From positions 1 through 32,000 of the forward strand of contig JBARZE010000001.1 in NCBI GenBank assembly GCA_049649525.1: 32,000 bases of DNA. The letters are read 5' to 3'. Every line of letters starts with the position of its first letter. Position 1 is the first letter of the stretch. The DNA comes from Microcoleaceae cyanobacterium (GTDB lineage: Bacteria > Cyanobacteriota > Cyanobacteriia > Cyanobacteriales > Microcoleaceae). The notes below the pieces were generated by a model. The model saw nothing but the letters and a program-made list of their open reading frames with translations. It was not told where the DNA came from and did no database searches. The position numbers and the translations under genes are program-made. Below, in pieces: positions 8,827 through 15,433 of the stretch.

Positions 8827-9888
8827 CTATAAGATAATTGGCCGTCCATTCTGTTGCAAAGACTGACTTAACCCACTGAGAATTTTAACTAATTCTGTGG
8901 CAATATAACCATCCGAACGGTTAGACGGAATATTCTGTCGTACACAATAAAGAAAATGATCGCAAACTTTGGCTAAAGGTTCCTGTTTCGGGATAGTAAT
9001 AACATCTTGTTTTTGACCTGCGCCTTTCCAACCTTGACTCACTGTTTCGAGGTATCCTTGTTGTAAAGTTAGGGGTGCATCTACAGACAATTCATCAAAA
9101 ATTAACGTTCCTTCACTTCCTACAACCCCTAAACGTCGCTGTTTATCCTGATTCAGCCAACACAGATGTAAAAAGGCTTGAAATCCGCTATTGTAAGTTA
9201 AGGTTGCCATCACCATATCGGATAATCCGGTATTATAAATTGGGGTAAAATCCTCAACATTATCCGTTTCAAATTGTTGCTGAGGTTGTAACCAAACCGT
9301 TCCGGTGGCTTGAACTTTTACAGGAGTTTGACCCAGCCAACTATTGAAAATTGCGATATCATGAATGGCTAAATCCCATAATGCATCGACATCCGGTCTA
9401 ACAGGTTCAAGATGAGTCCGCGCCGCATAACCATAGCGTAAATCACCCAGTTTACCTTTAGCAATGACTTGTTGACCCGTTTCTACTGCCGGATGAAATA
9501 GATAAGTATGGTCAATAACCAGTTGACGTTGATGTTTGACGGCTAAATCACATAACGCTTGAGATTCTGATAACTTTATCGTTAAGGGTTTTTCCGCCAA
9601 TACATGATAACCTTGTTGTAATGCTTGGGAAATAATCGTGTAATGGGTTGAAGCCGGAGTCGCAATTACAACTGCATCTAATTCGTCTAATGCTAAAACT
9701 TGTTGCCAATCCGTTGCTAAACAAACTTCATCAGATAATTGTAAACGAGTTTTGATAGTTTTAAGAGATTCTGGGTTAGGATCTGCGATCGCCACAACTT
9801 CTGCTTGGGGATGTTGATGAAAGTTACGGATGAGGTGAGTCCCCCAACGTCCGGCCCCGAAAATTGCAACTTTAGTTAAATTTGTCAT
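8827..9888 (-). CDS. Gfo/Idh/MocA-family NAD(P)-dependent oxidoreductase
   Basis: 353 aa. N-terminal Rossmann motif KVAIFGAGRWGTHLIRNF and the family EKP motif (VLAEKPLT). Confidence 0.85.
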   Translation of the reverse strand: MTNLTKVAIFGAGRWGTHLIRNFHQHPQAEVVAIADPNPESLKTIKTRLQLSDEVCLATDWQQVLALDELDAVVIATPASTHYTIISQALQQGYHVLAEKPLTIKLSESQALCDLAVKHQRQLVIDHTYLFHPAVETGQQVIAKGKLGDLRYGYAARTHLEPVRPDVDALWDLAIHDIAIFNSWLGQTPVKVQATGTVWLQPQQQFETDNVEDFTPIYNTGLSDMVMATLTYNSGFQAFLHLCWLNQDKQRRLGVVGSEGTLIFDELSVDAPLTLQQGYLETVSQGWKGAGQKQDVITIPKQEPLAKVCDHFLYCVRQNIPSNRSDGYIATELVKILSGLSQSLQQNGRPIIL

Positions 9889-10003
9889 AGGGTGAGCTCT
9901 GGTAATTTTTAATGTTGATATGGTGATGATTCCCTGATTTGACCTGAATCTAGGCTATTTTGAGACTCTAGCAACTTAAAATTATCTGTCAACCCCTGTT
10001 AAA

Positions 10004-10050
10004 TGTTACACGTAAAGACGTTACATATGTAGAGACGTTACATGTAACGT
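10004..10050. promoter_or_regulatory. Tandem 17-mers running into a perfect 16-bp palindrome. This is a candidate operator or small dispersed repeat in a divergent promoter region.
   Basis: ACGTAAAGACGTTACAT (10010..10026) and ATGTAGAGACGTTACAT (10027..10043) are 15/17 identical. ACGTTACATGTAACGT (10035..10050) is its own reverse complement. A partial GTTACA sits at 10005..10010. The repeat is certain; its function is unknown. Confidence 0.5.
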
Positions 10051-10179
10051 TCCTACAGAATAATGAATTCACAAAGATATAAGGATGTAAGATAGTCTGA
10101 CAATTCTAATTGATCCAGAATCCTAGAATATAAAATAGAAGTTATATTTAGCTTTCTCTATAATTGCTTAAGATTAACA

Positions 10180-10638
10180 ATGGAACCAATAGAATGGGTT
10201 GTTGCGGGGCTTATATTTGTTGCTGCCAAAGTACCAGATAAAGCGGCTGATAAGATTTTAGATCAATTGTGGGATCGGGGTCAAAACCTACTGAGTCAAC
10301 TGCAACGTAAAGCGCCTCAAACAGCAGCAGCTATTGATCAGGCACAAACTACACCGTTAAACTGGCAACAAACGGTGATTGAAATTGAGGCGATCGCACA
10401 AACGGATACAGAAGTGGCTGAGGCGGTTCAAGCTGTAGAAGCAACCGTGACAGAACATCCAGAATTGCAACAAAAAATAGCAACAGAAATTCAGTCTCAA
10501 CCTACCGTTATTCAGAATAATACAAAATTAGCTGAGAAAATTAATACCGTCATTCAGGGTACGACTATTAAAGGCGGCAACGTCGGTAATACAGGAATTG
10601 TTGGAAGTACAATTCAAGGCGGTACATTCAATATATGA
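10180..10638 (+). CDS. 152-aa helical N-terminal module with a hydrophobic first helix and a Gly/Asn/Thr-rich C-terminal tail. It is in frame with the downstream NB-ARC gene across one TGA.
   Basis: ATG start. IEWVVAGLIFVAA hydrophobic helix, then an acidic/Gln-rich helical middle. Tail TVIQNNT...TVIQGTTIKGGNVGNTGIVGSTIQGGTFNI. Stop TGA at 10636..10638. Confidence 0.7.
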   Translation: MEPIEWVVAGLIFVAAKVPDKAADKILDQLWDRGQNLLSQLQRKAPQTAAAIDQAQTTPLNWQQTVIEIEAIAQTDTEVAEAVQAVEATVTEHPELQQKIATEIQSQPTVIQNNTKLAEKINTVIQGTTIKGGNVGNTGIVGSTIQGGTFNI

Positions 10639-10716
10639 CTACAGTCGTCTGCTGGGGGGCAGACAAAGTTAACCTCCATTCCCCAAAATTTACCCCGTAG
10701 CGGCGCAACCAAGTTT

Positions 10717-13095
10717 GTGGGGCGAGATCGACCGCTAGAACAACTCTATCATCACCTGCAACAAAACCATCAGGTGGCAATTTCTGCGATCGCAGGCATG
10801 GGAGGTATCGGTAAAACTGAACTCGCCTTGCAATATAGCCAGTTACATTTGCAACGAGAAACCTATCCAGGGGGAGTCTGTTGGTTACGGGTCAGCGATC
10901 AAAACGTTGGGGTGAATATTCTTAATTATGCTAAAGTTTATCTCAAGTTAAACCCACCAGAAGACGAAGATCTAGACATTCAGATTGCTTACTGCTGGCG
11001 TAACTGGCCAATTCCCCCTAACCCTCCTTACCCGACATCAGATGTTTTGCTAATTTTTGATGATGTCTCTGACTACACGGCTATTGAGAAGTTTCTCCCG
11101 TCTGATCCTCGCTTCAAAATCTTGGTGACAACCCGTAAACAATGGTTAGCAGACTCTTTTCAACAACTGCCATTACCTGTATTAGATGAGTCCCCTGCCT
11201 GGGAACTTTTAGCGGCTTTAATTGGAGAAAATCGCCTGCAACAGGAACCGCAACAGGTAAAATTGCTGTGTGAAGATTTAGGTTATCTGCCGCTGGGTTT
11301 GGAATTAGTCGGACGCTATCTCAAGCGCAAGTCTAACTTATCTTTAGCAGAAATGCGCGATCGCTTAAACCTGCATCATAACGCCCTACAGAAACGCGAT
11401 CGCAAAGGTGAAGCTTTCCCAGACATGACGGCTAAACGAGGGGTTAAAGCCGCCTTAGAATTAAGTTGGCAAGAATTAGATGATGAAGAGATTGAATTAG
11501 CGTGTTTACTGAGTGTGTTTGCCTCAGCCCCCATTATTTGGGAATGGGTGGAACAAAGTCAACCTCAACAGGATATTGAGGAGTTAGAAGAAATTCGTGA
11601 TGATGTTTTAGTGAATTTAAGTTTACTTCAAGATGAAGGAGAGAATACCTATCAACTTCATCCCCTCATCCGAGAGTTTCTCAAATATAAGCGAGAACAG
11701 CGAGAGTCTGCGGACAACATGAAGCAAGCTGTTTGTAAAGTTATGGTGGCGATCGCTAAGACAATTCCCGATACTCCCACCCGCGAAGATATTGTGGCTG
11801 TTACTCCTGCCATTCCTCATATTATTGAAGTAGCTGAAGTGCTGACAGACTGGCTGAGTGATGAAGATTTCTTCTGGCCATTTACAGCCCTCGGTCGATT
11901 TTACAACGGTCAGGGACTCTATTTCCAGGCAGAACCTTATTTTAAGCAGTGCCTTGAAATCTGTAAAAGTCGCTTAGGAGAGCATCATCCCCATGTGGCA
12001 GATAGCCTAAATAACTTAGCTTTACTTTACTGCTCTCAAGGCAAATATGCAGAAGCTGAACCCCTTTACCAACAAACTTTAGAGATGACACGGCTGCTTT
12101 TCGGAGCAAATCATCCCCATACAGCAACTAGCCTCAATAATTTAGCCTCTCTTTACGACTCTCAAGGCAAATATGCAGAAGCTGAAGCCCTTTATCAACA
12201 AGCCTTACAGATATTAAATCATCCTGATGTTGCTGATAGCCTAAATAACTTAGCCGGACTCTACTGCTCTCAAGGCAAATATGCAGAAGCTGAACCCCTT
12301 TACCAAAAAGCCTTACAGATCAGACAACAGTTTTTAGGAGACCATCATCCTGATGTTGCTGATAGCCTTAACAACTTAGCCGGACTCTACTGCTCTCAAG
12401 GCAAATATGCAGAAGCTGAACCCTTGTTTCAACAAGCCTTAGAGATGACGCAGCCGCTTTTCGGAGAGTCTCATCCTAATGTAGCACCAAAACTTAACAA
12501 TTTAGCCTATCTCTACTGCTCTCAAGGCAAATATGCAGAAGCTGAACCCTTGTTTCAACAAGCCTTAGAGATATTAAAGCAACTTTTCGGAAATAACCAT
12601 CCCAATGTTGCTGCTAGCTTAAATAATTTAGCCGAACTTTATCGATATCAAGGCAAATACATAGAAGCTGAACCCTTTTACCAACAAGCCTTAGAGATAC
12701 TAAAACAACTTTTCGGAGAGTCTCATCCTGATGTAGCGACCAGCCTCAACAATTTAGCTTTACTTTACTACTCTCAAGGTAAATACGCAGAAGCTGAACC
12801 GCTTTACAAACAAGCTTTAGAGATGAGACAGCAACTGTTAGGAGAGCATCATCCTCATGTAGCAACTAGCCTCTATAATTTAGCTTTACTTTACGATTCA
12901 ACAGGGCGCTACAAACAAGCAGACTGCCTCTATCTAGAAGCAGTTATAATTGCAATCGAAACATTAGGGGAAGATCACCACGATACTAAACTTTATCAAA
13001 ACAATTATCTGCTCTTTTTACAACAAGTAGCTGCTGAGGGTCGTCAGTCGGAGTTATCTGAAGTGAGTTTGCAGATTCTTTCAAAGTTGGGATAA
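10717..13095 (+). CDS. NB-ARC (AP-ATPase) STAND NTPase with nine 42-aa TPR (TPR_12/KLC-like) repeats. The nominal GTG start truncates the conserved pre-P-loop linker.
   Basis: Walker A GMGGIGKT, Walker B VLLIFDDV, KILVTTR, GLPL-type LGYLPLGLELVG, and MHD-like YQLHPLIREF. The TPR units read HP.VA.SLNNLA.LY.SQGKYAEAEPLYQQALEI. The frame stays open upstream to 10639 (LQSSAGGQTKLTSIPQNLPRSGATKF). Confidence 0.88.
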   Translation: MGRDRPLEQLYHHLQQNHQVAISAIAGMGGIGKTELALQYSQLHLQRETYPGGVCWLRVSDQNVGVNILNYAKVYLKLNPPEDEDLDIQIAYCWRNWPIPPNPPYPTSDVLLIFDDVSDYTAIEKFLPSDPRFKILVTTRKQWLADSFQQLPLPVLDESPAWELLAALIGENRLQQEPQQVKLLCEDLGYLPLGLELVGRYLKRKSNLSLAEMRDRLNLHHNALQKRDRKGEAFPDMTAKRGVKAALELSWQELDDEEIELACLLSVFASAPIIWEWVEQSQPQQDIEELEEIRDDVLVNLSLLQDEGENTYQLHPLIREFLKYKREQRESADNMKQAVCKVMVAIAKTIPDTPTREDIVAVTPAIPHIIEVAEVLTDWLSDEDFFWPFTALGRFYNGQGLYFQAEPYFKQCLEICKSRLGEHHPHVADSLNNLALLYCSQGKYAEAEPLYQQTLEMTRLLFGANHPHTATSLNNLASLYDSQGKYAEAEALYQQALQILNHPDVADSLNNLAGLYCSQGKYAEAEPLYQKALQIRQQFLGDHHPDVADSLNNLAGLYCSQGKYAEAEPLFQQALEMTQPLFGESHPNVAPKLNNLAYLYCSQGKYAEAEPLFQQALEILKQLFGNNHPNVAASLNNLAELYRYQGKYIEAEPFYQQALEILKQLFGESHPDVATSLNNLALLYYSQGKYAEAEPLYKQALEMRQQLLGEHHPHVATSLYNLALLYDSTGRYKQADCLYLEAVIIAIETLGEDHHDTKLYQNNYLLFLQQVAAEGRQSELSEVSLQILSKLG
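11980..12900 (+). repeat. Intragenic 126-bp DNA repeats encoding the TPR array
   Basis: CTCTCAAGG-type unit landmarks at 12033, 12159, 12267, 12393, 12519, 12645 (variant) and 12771. Spacings are 126, 108, 126, 126, 126, 126. An identical 62-nt run occurs at 12385..12446 and 12511..12572. Confidence 0.9.
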
Positions 13096-13122
13096 TTTAG
13101 GAATTGTGATATTTTTTTAGCA
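13073..13122. repeat. Repeat A (50 bp). It covers the 3' end and stop of the NB-ARC/TPR gene. It also carries a reverse-strand remnant resembling the PIN gene 3' end.
   Basis: 44/50 identical to 13507..13556. The plus frame reads ...LQILSKLG*. The reverse strand reads LKKYHNS*, compare LLKKYQKF* of the PIN gene. Confidence 0.85.
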
Positions 13123-13205
13123 TAAATAATTATAGATTACCGCCTACGCGGCAATGACAGCTTACGTTGTGTTTTGACTATTTCATTCTTTGCTATACAA
13201 ACAGT

Positions 13206-13484
13206 ATGAAATCTGAAGCCTTAAAAAAACGATTAAATAAAAATCGTCCGATGACAAACGTTACTCTTTCTATCCCTGAAGATGTGATTGAGGATTTAGA
13301 GAAAATTGCACCTTTGCTGGGTTTTTCTAGCTATCAACCGTTAATGCGTGCCTATATTGGTCAGGGACTAAGGAGTGATTTAGAACGCTTTGAAGGCGAT
13401 CAAATTCCTGCGCTGATTGAAAGTTTAAAACGTCAGGGGGTGAGTGAGGAAGTGATTCAAAAAGCGCTTGAAGATATTGCTTAA
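13206..13484 (+). CDS. CopG/ribbon-helix-helix-type (BrnA-like) antitoxin-family protein, with no adjacent toxin gene
   Basis: The ORF track starts at TTG 13167. The in-frame ATG at 13206 (MKSEALKKRL...) is more plausible. The motif VTLSIPEDVIEDLEKIAPLLGFSSYQPLMRAYIGQGLRSDLERF is typical of small RHH antitoxins. Confidence 0.6.
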   Translation: MKSEALKKRLNKNRPMTNVTLSIPEDVIEDLEKIAPLLGFSSYQPLMRAYIGQGLRSDLERFEGDQIPALIESLKRQGVSEEVIQKALEDIA

Positions 13485-13487
13485 ATC
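13454..13487. repeat. Repeat B (34 bp), the 3' end and stop of the RHH gene
   Basis: TGATTCAAAAAGCGCTTGAAGATATTGCTTAAAT is 31/34 identical to 14323..14356. Confidence 0.85.
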
Positions 13488-13506
13488 AGATCTCAGAAGA
13501 ATTTAG

Positions 13507-13556
13507 AGATTCTTTCACAGTTGGAATAATTTAGAATTTCTGGTATTTTTTTAGCA
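13507..13556. repeat. Repeat A' (50 bp). It overlaps the 3' end of the PIN gene and retains a remnant NB-ARC/TPR-type C-terminal frame (LEILSQLE*).
   Basis: AGATTCTTTCACAGTTGGAATAATTTAGAATTTCTGGTATTTTTTTAGCA is 44/50 identical to repeat A. Confidence 0.85.
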
Positions 13557-14010
13557 AGGTATTGATTAATTTGGGCGAAGCATAAAAAGTAGTTTCCTGT
13601 AAACAAGTGATTGCTGTTGAGAAGTCAATTAAACCTTTTGATGCTCCATAACCTAAGACACCTAAAAGACCCGTTACATTTAAATTTCGCGCCTGGGCTA
13701 TTCGTCGGGCAGCTCGTTCATCAATTAATAATAAATTGATTTTGTACTCCTCTGCCAGTAAAATAGCTTCCTGTTCACCTAAATCTAGTTTTTGGAGAGT
13801 TAGGTCAGACTGTGGATTAATTGACTTAATTTGTAACCAATTTGGAGGCTTTGCAATCCAATTTTTAATTAATTCAGGTGCATTGCGATCGCTTAATTCG
13901 TTGGCGACAGCTTGAGGGATTAGGACAGATTCATATAACTGTGGAAGAAGATTAATATAATCAATAAGTATCAGATAACAAAGTGGAGATGTATCAGACA
14001 CAATAATCAT
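13531..14010 (-). CDS. PIN-like nuclease toxin (DUF3368 family)
   Basis: 159 aa. N-terminal acidic site MIIVSDTSPL, internal LGEQEAILLA and LLLIDERAAR motifs. It starts 6 nt after the stop of the upstream UPF0175 gene. Confidence 0.8.
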   Translation of the reverse strand: MIIVSDTSPLCYLILIDYINLLPQLYESVLIPQAVANELSDRNAPELIKNWIAKPPNWLQIKSINPQSDLTLQKLDLGEQEAILLAEEYKINLLLIDERAARRIAQARNLNVTGLLGVLGYGASKGLIDFSTAITCLQETTFYASPKLINTLLKKYQKF

Positions 14011-14016
14011 ATCAGT

Positions 14017-14292
14017 TTATCCCAATTCCAACTTTTCTAGCTTTTCTAGCGTTTCTAAATCTTGTTCAAAATCTTCAATTTCATAATTTAGATAAACCCC
14101 CGCCTGTTTTAAAAAGGCATCCACTTGTAAACGATGAGGCAAGTTTAAAATTCGACCGATCTCAGCGTGGGTAATCAGTTCATTTTTATAGGCTTCAACG
14201 ACAAGTATCTCTAAAACTTTTTCAGGTAAATTATCCCATTTATCTTGAACTCGACTTGCTAGTATATCTGGAATATCAAGAGTAATTTGCAT
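14017..14292 (-). CDS. UPF0175-family antitoxin (HTH), the partner of the DUF3368 PIN toxin
   Basis: 91 aa. MQITLDIPDILA...ILVVEAYKNELITHAEIGRILNL is typical of UPF0175. The gene is tightly coupled upstream of the PIN gene. Confidence 0.75.
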   Translation of the reverse strand: MQITLDIPDILASRVQDKWDNLPEKVLEILVVEAYKNELITHAEIGRILNLPHRLQVDAFLKQAGVYLNYEIEDFEQDLETLEKLEKLELG

Positions 14293-14322
14293 CTGATTTT
14301 GCTCCTGTCGTTGATAATAAAT

Positions 14323-14356
14323 TGATTCAAATAGCGCTTGAAGATATTACATAAAT
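14323..14356. repeat. Repeat B' (34 bp), a remnant of an RHH-gene 3' end (QIALEDIT*) upstream of the TA pair. It abuts the stop of the HugZ-like gene.
   Basis: TGATTCAAATAGCGCTTGAAGATATTACATAAAT is 31/34 identical to repeat B. Confidence 0.85.
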
Positions 14357-14865
14357 TAGGATCGTTTTTGATGAGTTAATACGTCTAATTCATCCCCACT
14401 AATTTGATAGGCTTGCCCAAAACCCATAACAAATTGTCCTTGAGTGGGTGTTAATTTAAATAAATGAAAATCCATTAACCCGCGCAACATCCCGACAATT
14501 TCACCAAAACGTGCTTGTAATTGATCGACAATTGATTCCCATTGGTTTGTCTCCCGTTCAATAATTGTTGCTGTACAATTAAACGTTAAACGAGTCCGCG
14601 CAAAGATTTGGGGTGTATTACTTTCTTCTGCAATAAACAATACACCAGCTTTACCACTATTGCGTAAATGTTGCGTATGGCTGGCTAAGTCACTGGCTAA
14701 GATATAAATATTCTTGGCTTCATCCATTACAAACGGCGCGTAACTGGTATGAGGAAAGCCATCCTCACTAATTGTACTTAAAATAATAGTTTGAAGCTGT
14801 TGTGGAAATTGATTATAAGCCGTTTGTGCTTTTTCTAATGCGGTTAAAGATGAATTTTGTTCCAT
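14356..14865 (-). CDS. HugZ/HutZ-like protein of the pyridoxamine-5'-phosphate-oxidase split-barrel family (heme utilisation/degradation-like)
   Basis: 169 aa. FPHTSYAPFV...IYILASDLASHTQHL...AGVLFIAEE pattern of PNPOx-like split-barrel proteins. Confidence 0.6.
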   Translation of the reverse strand: MEQNSSLTALEKAQTAYNQFPQQLQTIILSTISEDGFPHTSYAPFVMDEAKNIYILASDLASHTQHLRNSGKAGVLFIAEESNTPQIFARTRLTFNCTATIIERETNQWESIVDQLQARFGEIVGMLRGLMDFHLFKLTPTQGQFVMGFGQAYQISGDELDVLTHQKRS

Positions 14866-14981
14866 GCTTTTCTGTTCTAACTTTACTTTGATATTGAATA
14901 AAAAATATTAATTTCGATCTCAAATACTCTTTCTCAGCTACCCCCATGTATCAAAGCCCCCAATTTTGAGGGTACTCGGAG

Positions 14982-15057
14982 AGAAGCCCTAGCGGTCTAT
15001 GGGGGCAGGAGGTTTAGGGGGCAAGAGATTACTCTACAAGAAGCCCAAGCGGTCTAT
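14982..15057. repeat. Direct repeat AGAAGCCCNAGCGGTCTAT at 14982..15000 and 15039..15057
   Basis: 18/19 identical, 57-bp spacing. Both copies are followed by G-rich tails (GGGGGCA / AGGGAGCA). Confidence 0.75.
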
Positions 15058-15085
15058 AGGGAGCAAAAAACGCTAATCAACCCAA

Positions 15086-15433
<348 letters not shown>

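Noticed and set aside
10004-10056. NtcA-type binding sites (GTA-N8-TAC) in the GTTACA/TGTAAC-rich block
   Set aside because: All GTA...TAC pairs I could read there (GTAAAGACGTTAC, GTAGAGACGTTAC, GTAACGTTCCTAC) have a 7-nt spacer, not the 8-nt spacer of the consensus.
10636-10664. Selenocysteine decoding of the in-frame TGA, given a hairpin 8 nt downstream
   Set aside because: The position is in a linker, not a redox active site. The 6-bp hairpin lacks the size and features of bacterial SECIS elements. Sec machinery is generally not reported in cyanobacteria. Readthrough, a nonsense mutation or a sequencing error are more parsimonious.
13167-13205. N-terminal extension of the RHH gene from TTG 13167 (MCFDYFILCYTNS...)
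   Set aside because: The extension is hydrophobic and Cys-rich and unlike RHH antitoxin N-termini. The in-frame ATG at 13206 gives a typical ~92-aa protein.
5038-14865. Functional link between ho1 (5038..5757) and the HugZ-like gene (14356..14865) as a heme-degradation system
   Set aside because: The genes are 8.6 kb apart on opposite strands, with unrelated genes between them. Co-occurrence in one window is not evidence of a shared system.
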